Part shown: positions 54,563-64,000 of the stretch, one piece after another
Layout: each line of letters starts with the position of its first letter
Numbering within the stretch: position 1 is the stretch's first letter
From: an uncultured Candidatus Saccharibacteria bacterium
GTDB taxonomy: Bacteria; Patescibacteriota; Minisyncoccia; Sungbacterales; HO2-52-23
Length of the DNA stretch: 64,000 bases
Assembly (NCBI GenBank): GCA_964585475.1
Contig: CAZPDF010000001.1
Location: forward strand, 1,441 to 65,440
Reading direction: 5' to 3'
Notes under the pieces: generated by a model
Seen by the model: the letters and a program-made list of their open reading frames with translations, nothing else
Told to the model about the DNA's origin: nothing
The model's database searches: none
Position numbers and translations under genes: made by a program

Positions 54563-55075
54563 ACTAATCCCTTGGTTTGACGAAAATTCATTGTAGGTTT
54601 ACTTTTGAAGCAAGACCCTTTGGAGTAAAAGAAGATGAATGGGGCAAAGATCTTCTGCCTTCGATGCGAGAAAGAAATAAGTTCAGCGAATCATGAGTGT
54701 GATTTCGAAGCCGCGACAGGTTTTTCCATAGTGAGTGCGTTTAAGGACTCATTTTCACATCGTCCCCTGAAGCCAAAATCAATATGGAAGTTCTTTGTGG
54801 TTTTAGGGATCCTCGGCATCCTTGCTTTGCTTATTGGTGTATTATTCTGATCTGGCGAGTTTCCCGGACTGCCGTAGCAAATTTTCCTTCACTTAGGCCC
54901 TTAGCAGATAGTTAAACTTTGGACAGGCAACTCGCTTGTCTTTTTGTATTTTGTTTCCTGCGATATCCACACGCCTTCCAAGAGCCGGTTGAGGCAATGG
55001 TTGGAAACGCTGGCGTGGGTTCCGAAACGCGCCGAAGCAAGAATCCCGCAGGGGCCTTAAAGTTTTCCAGAGACA

Positions 55076-55103
55076 GGCAGTCGAAATCTGGCTGCCTTTT
55101 TAT
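55076..55103 (+). terminator. rho-independent terminator
   Basis: GGCAGTCGAAATCTGGCTGCC TTTTTATTT. Confidence 0.55.
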
Positions 55104-55104
55104 T

Positions 55105-55262
55105 TACCCCGTTACAAGAAAGCCACGGGTGTAAGCCCGTGGATGAATTGCGCCGTTCCTGCCAGCCTTAAGATAAAATGCCACGAGCGTAAGCTCGTGG
55201 TCGCCTTGTAACGGGGTTTACCGGGAAACCCCGCACGAAGTGCGGGGAGGGTGTCATTTAAT
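55105..55262. other. structured non-coding element: 12-bp closing helix CCCCGTTACAAG/CTTGTAACGGGG, twin hairpins with YGTAAG loops, then CCCCGCACGAAGTGCGGGG hairpin
   Basis: CCACGGGTGTAAGCCCGTGG and CCACGAGCGTAAGCTCGTGG hairpins inside the closing helix. No ORF. Confidence 0.4.
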
Positions 55263-55335
55263 ACCTTTTTAACTCTTGACTTCGATACCGACTATATGAT
55301 AAGATTTTAACGGTACTCTTATAATAATAGGGTGT

Positions 55336-55776
55336 GTGATGCAAAAGATCGTGTTCATTGCGTTTGGACTGATGCTGTCAATGGTGGTAGCTGCTAACGT
55401 TTCTGCGGAAGAATACGGTGATATCGGCATCAAGTGGGGCGTTGCAACTGGATTACAGACCGATCCCGCCACAGGAGAAAAAAAGAGCGTAGTCGCGAGC
55501 GTTTTCATTACCGATATTGCCCCAGGAGGTCCGGCGGAACGAGCTGGAGTTCCTGAGAGGGGTACCCTGATTTCTGTGGATGGAAAGAAAATCACGGAGA
55601 TGCCCATAACGAATAATCGCATACATCTCGGTATTCGCGGGCCCGTGGGCACCGCGGTGACGATTGAGATTTTCACACAAAGGGTAAAGAACGGGGTGGT
55701 TCACCTTGGCCTGAAGAAGTTTACGATTACCAGAGAGAAGCTCAATACCCTCGACAAAAATTCAGCGGAAAAATAG
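55336..55776 (+). CDS. secreted PDZ-domain protein
   Basis: 146 aa. Signal peptide, then a PDZ-like FITDIAPGGPAERAGV...GTLISVDGKKI. Confidence 0.55.
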   Translation: MMQKIVFIAFGLMLSMVVAANVSAEEYGDIGIKWGVATGLQTDPATGEKKSVVASVFITDIAPGGPAERAGVPERGTLISVDGKKITEMPITNNRIHLGIRGPVGTAVTIEIFTQRVKNGVVHLGLKKFTITREKLNTLDKNSAEK

Positions 55777-55923
55777 ATCGAGATCCGACCCGGTAGTCGG
55801 ATCTTTTTTCTTTTGACTTTTTTTGAGCTCATGTTATAATTAACGGCACTGGGGCTTCCTTGGCCTGAAGGAGTACCCCAGTATTTGGGTTCTAAACGAG
55901 AGACGACGACGAGGAGGATGACG

Positions 55924-56268
55924 ATGGCAAGATCAAAGATTGTGGTTAAATACTTCAGCGACCCGAACTTCAGAGAGTACCACGTGAGCAAGGAGATCTC
56001 TCTGTCTCACGAGATTTTCAAGAGACCGCTCCGCCCCCGATCCAATGAGTATCTGAAAAGGGTCGGCAAGGTAGGCGCAGAGCTCGTGAGGGATATCATC
56101 GCAGTGCCGGGTGTCGCTTCGGTCGGCATCGAGTCCTACCACCTGTGGGTGTCGAAGGGACATGCCTTCGAGTGGGCGGAGATCGAGTCCTATGTAGTTA
56201 ACGCCCTCAAGCAGGCAGTCGGTACGGATGTCGAGGTCGTTGAGCCAACGCCCTTCCCTTACCGTTAA
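55924..56268 (+). CDS. hypothetical protein
   Basis: ORF starting MARSKIVVKYF; no motif recognised. Confidence 0.4.
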   Translation: MARSKIVVKYFSDPNFREYHVSKEISLSHEIFKRPLRPRSNEYLKRVGKVGAELVRDIIAVPGVASVGIESYHLWVSKGHAFEWAEIESYVVNALKQAVGTDVEVVEPTPFPYR

Positions 56269-56419
56269 GTTGTCGGGTTAGAATACAAGTGGCGTTCAGG
56301 CCCGCCGCTCGTGTTCGCCCCGCCGAAACAGCCAGTCGTAACTAAGGGGAGGCCGCAAGGTCCCCCCTTCCTAATTATGCTCTTGATTTCCGTAAAAAAT
56401 TTTGGTATACTAGAGGTAT

Positions 56420-56560
56420 TAGTAGCCTTCCCGCCCTAATTTTGCTAGATAAAACAAGCGCAAGACGCTTCGCCCGTTGAGGGATGTGCCTATCCGGCAC
56501 GCGCGTCTTGTTAGGATTTCCGGGTGTGTACTTTGCTGGGGTTTATACTTTTTGATAGGG
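56420..56560 (-). repeat. IR-bounded element, family B, copy 2 (upstream of clpB, inverted relative to copy 1)
   Basis: Reverse complement reads CTAATTTTGCC...GCGCGTGCCGGATAGGCACATCCCTCAACGGGCGAAGCGTCTTGCGC...GCAAAATTAG. Confidence 0.6.
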
Positions 56561-56630
56561 CAAAATTAGAGCGGGATGGTCATAATTTCAGCGAAAATTT
56601 GTTCGCTGAAACTCCAAATTTTCGGAAATT

Positions 56631-59306
56631 ATGCCACCTTTTCAACAATTCACCATCAAAGCCCAAGAGGTCTTGAAAAAAGCGCATGACCTTGCGCTGG
56701 AAAGATCACATCATCAAATTGATGTGCTGCATTTGCTTACCGGATTGATCTTGCAGGAGGAGGGGACGGTGGACGCGATTTTGGAAAAACTTGAGATAGA
56801 TGTTTCCATGATTGCTGACCGGCTTCTGGAAACTCTGGACTCGATGCCTCGCGGGGCAATGATCGCGACCCCTCTCGGGCAGGTCTATTTGACGCAGGAT
56901 TTGGCAAAAGTGATCGAGCAGGCGCATAGGGAAGCGGCGCAATTGAAAGATGAATTTATTTCAACCGAGCATCTCTTCTTGGCATTGGTTGAGGTACCTT
57001 CCAGGGCCAAAGAAATGCTTGAGCGGGAGGGCCTGAATAAAGAGATGATTTTACGCGCTTTAGCCGAGCTTCGAGGCGGGCAGAGGATTACCGACCCCGA
57101 ACCAGAAACTAAGTATAATGTCATTGAAAAATACGCGCGTAACTTGACGCGCCTGGCGCGTCAGGAAAAACTCGACCCCGTGATTGGGCGCGAGAACGAA
57201 ATCAGGAGAGTCATGGAAGTTTTATCCCGCCGCACGAAGAATAACCCTGTCCTTATCGGAGAAGCGGGGGTGGGGAAAACAGCCATTGCCGAGGGATTGG
57301 CGCAGAGGATAGTTTCCGGCGACGTGCCGGAAACCCTGAAGGATAAGGACCTTATTTCCGTGGATCTTGCCGCAATTGTAGCGGGCACCAAATACAGGGG
57401 AGAATTTGAGGATCGGGTGAAAGCGATTTTACGCGAGATCGAGAGAGCGCAGGGTAAATACATAATTTTTATTGACGAGCTGCATACGATTGTCGGCGCC
57501 GGGGCCGCGGAAGGCGCGATTGACGCCTCCAACATGTTAAAACCGGCGTTAGCGCGCGGAGAACTCCATGCTATTGGCGCTACCACCCTCAAAGAATATC
57601 AGCGCTATATCGAGCGCGATCCGGCCCTCGCTCGCCGCTTCCAGCCGGTATACGTGGATGAGCCAAGCGTGGAAGACACCGTTGCGATACTGCGGGGGCT
57701 CAAACCAAAATATGAGGCGCATCACGGGATTAAGATCACCGATGGCGCTATTGTGGCTGCCGCCAATCTTTCGTCGCGCTACATAACTGATCGTTTTCTG
57801 CCGGATAAAGCGGTGGACCTAGTTGACGAGGCATCATCTTCCCTGCGTCTTGAGATGGACAGTCTACCCAAAGATCTGGATGACACGCGGAGGAGAATTA
57901 TGAAGCTTGAAATTGAAAAGGAGGCCATCAAAAAGGAGATTGACAGAAAAAGTAAGGAGCGGTTGAAAAAACTTGTGAGTGAAATTGCGGAGCTGCAAGG
58001 TGGCACGCAAGCCATGGAAGAAGCGTGGAAGCAGGAGAAAGAAACCATTGTCGGGATCCGCGCCATGAAAAAAGAGTTGGATACTGCGCGTCAGGAATCG
58101 GATATTGCCGAGAGAGCGGGAGAATTCGGGAAAGTAGCCGAACTTCGCTACGGAAAAATTCCGCAGACCGAGACCAAGCTTGACGAGGCCGAAAAACTTC
58201 TTAAGAAACTTCAGAATTCTCGGCATCTTGTGCGCGGGGAAGTTACGGAGGAAGATATCGGTTCCGTGGTCGCCCGCTGGACCGGAATTCCGGTAACGAA
58301 GATTCTTGAAACCGAAGCCGTGCGCTTGACGAAGATTGAGGAAGAGCTTAAAAAGCGAGTCATCGGGCAGGGAGAGGCCGTTGAGAAAATTGCGAATGCG
58401 GTGCGCCGCTCAAGAGCCGGCATTGCCGAGGAAAATCGTCCCATCGGCTCCTTCATATTCTTGGGCCCCACCGGAGTAGGAAAAACCGAGCTTGCCAAAA
58501 CCCTGGCTGAGTTTTTATTTTCGGACGAGAAGGCCTTGATTCGCGTGGATATGTCCGAATACATGGAGCGACACACGGTTTCCAAATTCATTGGCTCTCC
58601 TCCCGGATACGTAGGGTATGAGGAGGGGGGCCAATTGACCGAGCTTGTGAAGCATCGGCCCTATTCGGTAATACTTTTTGATGAGATAGAAAAAGCGCAT
58701 CCGGAGGTCTTCAATGTTCTTTTGCAGATTCTGGATAACGGGCGTTTGACCGATGCCAAAGGCCGCATGATTAATTTCAAAAACACGATAATTATAATGA
58801 CTTCCAATATCGGCGGGGAGTATGCGCAAGAGATGGGGAAAATAGGATTTGCGAGCGGAGACGAGGATACCAGGGAACGGAAAGAAGGCGACATGAAAGA
58901 TAAGATAAGAAAGGCCCTTGAGCGTCATTTCCGGCCTGAGTTTTTGAATCGCCTGGATGAAATAATAATTTTCTCCTCGCTTACGCCGGAAGTCATCCAA
59001 AAAATTGTTGAAATACAACTCGAGCGCGTGGTTAAGCGTATGGCCGGGCGCGAAATATCTGTTTCATTCACCGGAGAGGTCAAGAAATTTATCGCGGAGA
59101 AGGGTTACGACCCGACTTACGGAGCGCGGCCCCTGAAGCGCGCGATCCAGACGCATATTCTTGATATGCTCGCGCAGGAAATTATTGCGGGGAAAATCGG
59201 GGAAGGGGATGCGGTTTTGGTTGACGCCAAAGACGGGAAGGCGGTTTTTGGGAAAGGAGTTAAAAGAGTTGGAGGGAAAAGAGCGGTGGTAGTGGCGAAA
59301 AGTTAA
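56631..59306 (+). CDS. clpB: ATP-dependent chaperone ClpB
   Basis: 891 aa. Clp-N domain. D1 [10 protein letters not shown]. Long coiled-coil M-domain. D2 GPTGVGKTE. Sensor GARPLKR. Confidence 0.95.
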   Translation: MPPFQQFTIKAQEVLKKAHDLALERSHHQIDVLHLLTGLILQEEGTVDAILEKLEIDVSMIADRLLETLDSMPRGAMIATPLGQVYLTQDLAKVIEQAHREAAQLKDEFISTEHLFLALVEVPSRAKEMLEREGLNKEMILRALAELRGGQRITDPEPETKYNVIEKYARNLTRLARQEKLDPVIGRENEIRRVMEVLSRRTKNNPVLIGEAGVGKTAIAEGLAQRIVSGDVPETLKDKDLISVDLAAIVAGTKYRGEFEDRVKAILREIERAQGKYIIFIDELHTIVGAGAAEGAIDASNMLKPALARGELHAIGATTLKEYQRYIERDPALARRFQPVYVDEPSVEDTVAILRGLKPKYEAHHGIKITDGAIVAAANLSSRYITDRFLPDKAVDLVDEASSSLRLEMDSLPKDLDDTRRRIMKLEIEKEAIKKEIDRKSKERLKKLVSEIAELQGGTQAMEEAWKQEKETIVGIRAMKKELDTARQESDIAERAGEFGKVAELRYGKIPQTETKLDEAEKLLKKLQNSRHLVRGEVTEEDIGSVVARWTGIPVTKILETEAVRLTKIEEELKKRVIGQGEAVEKIANAVRRSRAGIAEENRPIGSFIFLGPTGVGKTELAKTLAEFLFSDEKALIRVDMSEYMERHTVSKFIGSPPGYVGYEEGGQLTELVKHRPYSVILFDEIEKAHPEVFNVLLQILDNGRLTDAKGRMINFKNTIIIMTSNIGGEYAQEMGKIGFASGDEDTRERKEGDMKDKIRKALERHFRPEFLNRLDEIIIFSSLTPEVIQKIVEIQLERVVKRMAGREISVSFTGEVKKFIAEKGYDPTYGARPLKRAIQTHILDMLAQEIIAGKIGEGDAVLVDAKDGKAVFGKGVKRVGGKRAVVVAKS

Positions 59307-59557
59307 GGCGCGGTTTCTTCTTTATTGGGCAGGCCTCGGCATATCGCCTCGAAAAGACGCTCGCCGCGCTTAAACTTTTAAACATTTAAACTTTCCCGGC
59401 TCGCTAAGGTTCCGGCCGCCATGAATTAGTTACCAGTTACCATTTGTTATTCGGGCGGCCTCCATATTCTTTTCTCGGCAACATGCCTCGACCTGCGCGA
59501 TTGTTCGACCGCGCCAAACCATCCGTCTATGTTAATAAACTAGGATAGAAGTAAGAG

Positions 59558-59597
59558 AAAACCGCCCCGACTTGAGTCGGGGCGGTTTTGTTTTTTA
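59558..59597. terminator. bidirectional rho-independent terminator
   Basis: AAAACCGCCCCGACTTGAGTCGGGGCGGTTTTGTTTTTT. Confidence 0.8.
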
Positions 59598-59665
59598 AGT
59601 TTTAAAAATCGAAGGAGCGGAGACGCTTGCGCGCATCCGCTCCGGGACTGCAACGGCGAAAAGGG

Positions 59666-60457
59666 TTATTCAACCTCGGTCGTCGTTTTGATTCTGACAA
59701 CCCCATCGAGACGCTGCATGTTGCCCATGAGCGACCCGATAGAGTGGAGGATCTCGGGAGTTCTACGCGCCGTGACCGTCATCTCCATTGTGATTTTGAC
59801 TACTCTTGTGAGTGGCGATTCGGGCTCGGGCTGGATTGGGGCGTCGGGCTCGACCGGAACTATGGCATCAGGCAATGCAGTAGGTGGAGTGATTTGGTGA
59901 GCGGGTTCTGCGGCAGGCACTGGGCGTTCTCTATGAGTCCAGGGGGTTTGTATAATCCGTTCCTTGAAGTTGGCGAGTTCCACGAAATTGAACTCGGTTT
60001 CAAAGAGCGGGTCGAGCGAACGACTAAGCATTGACCTCCCCTCATGGTCTAACCCCCGGGTCGCGACCCACCAGATCTTGATGCCTTTTTTTGCTTTCTC
60101 TGAGAGAACCGGCGCGTAGTCCTGGTCGGCGGTTACGATCACGATATCCGAAACTTCGGAGGGCTTAAGTTTTCTTATTGTATCGATGATCAATTGATCA
60201 TCGGCCCCGTTGATGGTCGAAGTGATGAACGCATCGAATCCTGCGGATTCAAATCTCTTAGCTAGGCTTTGGGGGTAGGGGACGTTTGAAGATATCGTCC
60301 ATAGCGGTTTTGGGTGAATCTTGGAGGCCGTCCCTATCTCCTCTGTTAGTATTTTGAAAAGAACATGGTACTTGACGTGGTCTATGCCGAGGATCGGTCG
60401 CATGAAGGAAAACGAGGGGCCGTCAACAAACACCGCTTTCGCCTTCTTCTTTGGCAT
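59666..60457 (-). CDS. NYN-domain (LabA/YacP-like PIN-fold) protein with Pro-rich C-terminal extension
   Basis: 263 aa. AVFVDGPSF...GADDQLIIDTI...IVIVTADQDY. Confidence 0.7.
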   Translation of the reverse strand: MPKKKAKAVFVDGPSFSFMRPILGIDHVKYHVLFKILTEEIGTASKIHPKPLWTISSNVPYPQSLAKRFESAGFDAFITSTINGADDQLIIDTIRKLKPSEVSDIVIVTADQDYAPVLSEKAKKGIKIWWVATRGLDHEGRSMLSRSLDPLFETEFNFVELANFKERIIQTPWTHRERPVPAAEPAHQITPPTALPDAIVPVEPDAPIQPEPESPLTRVVKITMEMTVTARRTPEILHSIGSLMGNMQRLDGVVRIKTTTEVE

Positions 60458-60529
60458 CTTCTGCCTCCCTTGTATGAAATTTTACTCCTGTTAAAGTATA
60501 GCAGATTTTATATGTTCTGTCAAATTAAA

Positions 60530-61040
60530 TTTTAATCACGCGTTCTGCGTTCAAAAATTTAGGTAGAGTCCTTAAAAAGAGTGCGGCCGGATCCAGAAGG
60601 ATCGGCCGCATGTTGAGGAAGAATATGTGTTCGCGCTTTTTTTCGCGCGTGAATTGTTGGGAAGGAACGGAAATCTGGTGGAGAGTCGGCGCAAGGTCCG
60701 AAGAGGGCGATTGGTTCGCCCGGGGCCGTGGTTCTTTGAAAACCGACAGATCAGCTTGCAGGCGCCGACCCTCCAATGATTAATTTTGCGCCGCTACATC
60801 GCTAGCCGCAAGTGTTGGTTATCCACAGGGCTTTGTCCAAAATTTGGAGTGAGTACGCGCGAACAAATTTTGGTTACAAAACCTGTGCCCCGCTCTAATT
60901 TGAGTAATGAACATGTTTTGTCGTTGAGTAAGCCGCAGGCGTTACCGTGGGTTAAGCCAGGAAATGCTGCTCAAGCCTCAGACGAAATTAGGGCGGGGCT
61001 AAGGGCTTTGTTGAAATTCCGGCAAAGAAAAAAGAGATCT
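60530..61040. ncRNA. ~500-nt GC-rich structured non-coding region, candidate ncRNA of unidentified class
   Basis: Nested helices GGAGAGTCGGCGC..GCGCCGACCCTCC, GCGGCCGGATCC..GGATCGGCCGC and GGGCGATTGGTTCGCCC. Only low-complexity ORFs overlap it (60786-61085, 60525-60776). No RNase P, tmRNA or SRP consensus was recognisable by eye. Confidence 0.3.
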
Positions 61041-61075
61041 TTTAGATCTCTTTGGTTTGGAAATAGTTTGCGATG
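61040..61075 (-). terminator. rho-independent terminator after nth
   Basis: Minus strand: AAAGAGATCTAAAAGATCTCTTT followed by TTTCTTTG. Confidence 0.65.
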
Positions 61076-61100
61076 GCTTCGATGAAGTCAGGATCCGCTT

Positions 61101-61769
61101 CTACCTTTTCTGAAATCTTGGAAATTTAAATGCTGAAGGGCAAATATCACTTAAGGGGCACAAATCACACCTCGGGTCTTTGGCCTTACAGATCGCGCGG
61201 CCGTGGTCAATCAGAAGATACGTAAATTTAAACCAATCTTTTTTGGGAATAAGTCGCATTAAATCCCGCTCTATTTTTACCGGATCATCGTTTGAGGATA
61301 AGCCGAGGCGTTGGGATAGCCGCCGGACGTGCGTATCCACCGCAATCCCTTCCACAACCCCGTATGCGTTGCCAAGAACCACGTTTGCGGTTTTTCTCGC
61401 AACGCCGTGAAGCGTTAGCATTTCAGCCATCGTTCGCGGGATCTTGCCTCCGAACTTTTCCTTGATGATTTTGGCGCTGGCCAAAATATTTTTGGCCTTG
61501 GCGCGGTAAAATCCGGTCGGCCGGATCATTTGTTCAAATTCCTTCGGGTCGGCCCCTACGTAGTCATCAAGCGCTTGGTATTTTTTGAAAAGTTCCGAGG
61601 TAACCTCATTTACTTTTTTGTCGGTGCACTGCGCCGACAAAATCACGGCAACCAAAAGTTCCCAGTTATTTGAAAACTTCAAGGCGATCTTGGCGTTGGG
61701 ATATTTTGTCTTGAGGCGCTTTATGACTTCCCTGCTCCGGCGCTGCTTTTTTCTCAAAGACTCGTTCAT
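61101..61769 (-). CDS. nth: endonuclease III
   Basis: 222 aa. HhH-GPD motif LHGVARKTANVVL. Catalytic Lys and Asp. C-terminal [4Fe-4S] cluster CxxxxxxCxxCPxxxxC. Confidence 0.9.
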   Translation of the reverse strand: MNESLRKKQRRSREVIKRLKTKYPNAKIALKFSNNWELLVAVILSAQCTDKKVNEVTSELFKKYQALDDYVGADPKEFEQMIRPTGFYRAKAKNILASAKIIKEKFGGKIPRTMAEMLTLHGVARKTANVVLGNAYGVVEGIAVDTHVRRLSQRLGLSSNDDPVKIERDLMRLIPKKDWFKFTYLLIDHGRAICKAKDPRCDLCPLSDICPSAFKFPRFQKR

Positions 61770-61832
61770 TATTAAACTCTGACGACCGTCAAGAAATCAG
61801 AACGGTATTTTTAAAAGCCGTCCGTCCCCAAT

Positions 61833-62534
61833 TTAGCAGATGAGTTTAATCTTGAATGTTCCTGTTTCTTGCCCGGCTTCAATTTCAATCTTTGCCTCTT
61901 CCGCGATATCGGCCGGGCATGATTCGCCCTGTTGGGTTTTGAGAAGTTGGATGAAGGCCTTGCCGTCCTCTTTTTTCGGCAGAATTTTAACGTTGAATTT
62001 GGTCTCAAGTCCGGTCAAGGCCCTCATTCGGCGCACCACCTCAAGCGGAGGGGTAAATCCCTGAACGATAAAATCCTTCACCCCAAGGTCGCGCGCGGCG
62101 TTCTCATGTTCTTGAAGGCCGCGGTGAGAGGAGATCGCAACCGGAATTTTCGCAAATCGAGCATCTTTTTTCATCGCTCCGATCAGTTCAAATCCGCTCA
62201 TGTTAGGCATGTTGATTCCGGTAAATACGACGTCGGGAAGGTAGGCCTCTTTCTTAACTCCTTGCAGGATTTGCATCGCTTCAAGTCCGTCCCGAGCAAC
62301 CACCACTTCAAAATTAGCTTCCCGGAACACAGCCGTATAAATATCAAGCAGGGTTGCATCGTCGTCAACGACGAGAATTTTCTTCTTCTCCGCAGTAGCG
62401 GCGCTTTTTATCGGCGTTTCCGTAACGGCTGGCGCGGGCGCTTTTTGGATAATTTTTGGCTCGAGCCGTCCGGATTCTTCCGGCGCGGCCCCCCCGACTT
62501 CAAGCGCCGCCTTTTTTTCTTCTGCAGTGCTCAT
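61833..62534 (-). CDS. response-regulator receiver-domain protein with uncharacterised C-terminal domain
   Basis: 233 aa. KILVVDDD...phospho-acceptor Asp...NMPNMSGFEL...K receiver motifs. No DNA-binding output domain recognised. Confidence 0.65.
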   Translation of the reverse strand: MSTAEEKKAALEVGGAAPEESGRLEPKIIQKAPAPAVTETPIKSAATAEKKKILVVDDDATLLDIYTAVFREANFEVVVARDGLEAMQILQGVKKEAYLPDVVFTGINMPNMSGFELIGAMKKDARFAKIPVAISSHRGLQEHENAARDLGVKDFIVQGFTPPLEVVRRMRALTGLETKFNVKILPKKEDGKAFIQLLKTQQGESCPADIAEEAKIEIEAGQETGTFKIKLIC

Positions 62535-62556
62535 TTATTTTAAAATTTTGTTAAAC

Positions 62557-62689
62557 CCCGTCACCAAAATTTCGACTAATCTTTAGTGCCGTCTTCATGT
62601 ATTGCAAGGCCAGCCGTCCCCGCAGAACCCAGTAGTACACTAACGTACTCCGAGGGATTAATAAACGGCAGTCGAAATTTGGTGCGGGG
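62557..62689. repeat. MITE-like element with CCCCGCAC-type terminal inverted repeats, overlapping the 3' end of the DUF2905 gene
   Basis: CCCCGTCACCAAAATTTCGAC (62557-62577) and GTCGAAATTTGGTGCGGGG (62671-62689). The last 11 codons of the 62658-62900 ORF lie inside the right arm. Confidence 0.55.
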
Positions 62690-62900
62690 TAAAGATTAAA
62701 AACAAAATTGAGAAGAGGGTACTTAAAATTATGCTCGTTCCGATTGGAAAATAAAACGTAAAGTTTTGCCGCTCAATCAAGATGTCCCCGGGAAGTTTCC
62801 CCAAAGACCCCGCCTTTCCTGTAACATCCAGCCCGAGGATAATGAATAGTACCCCCAAGAATATAAGAAGAATACCCAAGAAACTCATACTTAATATCAA
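62658..62900 (-). CDS. DUF2905-family small membrane protein
   Basis: 80 aa, two TM helices, GKLPGDI motif. Confidence 0.55.
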   Translation of the reverse strand: MILSMSFLGILLIFLGVLFIILGLDVTGKAGSLGKLPGDILIERQNFTFYFPIGTSIILSTLFSILFLIFTPHQISTAVY

Positions 62901-62996
62901 GTATACTCCCTATGGTAAAAAAGCGAAGTGGGACGGATCTCGCATTTTTTAAAGAAAAATTGTATAATTAGCCCAAAATTATAGCAGAGTAGAGAT

Positions 62997-63434
62997 ATGC
63001 GAAGGGGCTGGTTTCTAGTTTTTCTGGTTCTTCTTTCGGTAACTTCCGCTTTTGCGCACGATGCCTCCCAGATGCCAACCGGAGCATCACCACCGGATTG
63101 GTCTCTCTGGGAGTGCAAGGATCCGGAGGCGGATCCTTCCGGTTTTATCGAACAGCAGGATTGCCGTAATCCGGGGAGTAAGAAATTCGATCGCGCGATT
63201 TATCGCATGGCAGGATCGCCTAAGCCCTTTATGCTACTCATCGGATACGACGAATCCGCGAAAAACCCCATGGTAAATGCGCAGCTGATCCTCGAAGTGG
63301 AAGATGGGGTGTGGGTGACCGGCATGCGCGGAAAGGAATTTTTTGCGGTTGAGAACCCCCGTGGCGTATTCCACTTTTCTATAAAGATCTCCGGCGGGAA
63401 GATAGCAAGGCGAACCGTCCGCCCGATCTACTAG
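62997..63434 (+). CDS. secreted hypothetical protein
   Basis: 145 aa with a signal peptide. Confidence 0.45.
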   Translation: MRRGWFLVFLVLLSVTSAFAHDASQMPTGASPPDWSLWECKDPEADPSGFIEQQDCRNPGSKKFDRAIYRMAGSPKPFMLLIGYDESAKNPMVNAQLILEVEDGVWVTGMRGKEFFAVENPRGVFHFSIKISGGKIARRTVRPIY

Positions 63435-63471
63435 CGAAAAAATACGCTCCGCGAAATCTTGCGGAGCGTTT

Positions 63472-64000
63472 TCACTCAAATACATTCCCGCCGCCGTCTA
63501 CGTAGTCGGATACGCCATCTGTTCCAATGTGGACTTTGTTATTTCGGAAAGTGGTGTTTTGAATGGTCGGTGATGAATTTACCAGAAAAATTCCGTAAGA
63601 GAGCTCATTCGGCGTAGGAATGTTCGGCTCCCGATGGTCCTGTATTAATGAATTGGAGATGGTGGTTGAGGCCGAATTTTCAAGCCAAACGCCGACAAAA
63701 TAGCTTTTTTCAATGACCGCCGCATCAACTGCAACTGAAGCGTATGCTATCCGTAGCGCTCCTTTCTCCGGGCTTGGCCCCCAAGTAGTCCCTCCGTAGC
63801 GGACGATGACGTGCGAGAGAGATGATTCATCGGATCCAGCACCAAACGATATATTAGTCCAATCGCCGTCCTGCGGTTGGGTGGTCGTCCCGTTAGTATC
63901 GCCGCCGTACTCGTCGTCGTTAAGGGATGTGAAAACAATTTTGTTATCTGGCGCTCCGTCCGCAAGAAGCCGCCCCAGGACCGACATGGATCCTAGGCCC
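63472..64000 (-). CDS. right-handed beta-helix-like repeat protein, C-terminal part (N-terminus probably beyond the window edge)
   Basis: ORF open to the window edge. G/T/N/S-rich beta-helix-like repeats NTTFRNNKVHIGTDG. Confidence 0.45.
   Translation of the reverse strand, partial: GLGSMSVLGRLLADGAPDNKIVFTSLNDDEYGGDTNGTTTQPQDGDWTNISFGAGSDESSLSHVIVRYGGTTWGPSPEKGALRIAYASVAVDAAVIEKSYFVGVWLENSASTTISNSLIQDHREPNIPTPNELSYGIFLVNSSPTIQNTTFRNNKVHIGTDGVSDYVDGGGNVFE

Noticed and set aside
54919-55134. 71-aa ORF in the structured element region
   Set aside because: It overlaps a terminator hairpin and the twin-hairpin element, and there is no RBS.
60786-61085. 99-aa ORF (and 60525-60776 minus ORF) in the structured GC-rich region
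   Set aside because: Their translations are low-complexity Arg/Leu/Ser-rich with no protein-like features, and the region is dominated by nested RNA helices.

Overview
This 64-kb window is gene-dense bacterial DNA. Bacterial hallmarks include IF-2 (partial, at the 5' edge), RF2 with the programmed +1 frameshift, GatB, PBP1A, FtsEX, ClpB, HtrA, Nth, IscS/IscU and SodA. There are also two MacAB/ABC-type transporter sets, two DedA proteins, an ECF sigma factor paired with a DUF5667 protein, and a 1629-aa multidomain surface protein (ice-binding-like beta-helix, TM bundle, S8 subtilase, FN3, beta-propeller). None of the tRNAs encode CCA. Together with the many small hypothetical secreted or membrane proteins, this resembles a reduced, possibly Patescibacteria/CPR-like genome, but that is inference only.

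The most unusual signal is at three tRNA loci (Ser 2283-2935, Glu 11789-11976, Thr 28569-28750). In each, an intact tRNA gene lies inside an insert bounded by inverted repeats, and that insert splits a second, same-isotype tRNA-like gene. In the Ser and Glu loci the split is in the anticodon loop, with a shared CAAG junction. The Ser locus looks like several nested rounds of this.

The repeat termini (CCCCGCAC followed by an A/T run) recur elsewhere as small MITE-like elements. Two further repeat families are present. One is built on GTCATTCTGAGCGAAGCGAAGAATCTC (two copies). The other is a roughly 150-nt IR-bounded element found upstream of both htrA and clpB.

Other points are an ArsR-type operator palindrome at three sites, in-frame microsatellite insertions inside gatB, a GIY-YIG ORF bracketed by perfect 21-bp inverted repeats, and several structured non-coding regions. 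All calls come from reading the sequence and recognising motifs by eye; no database searches were run. tRNA and repeat boundaries are accurate to about +/-2 nt.
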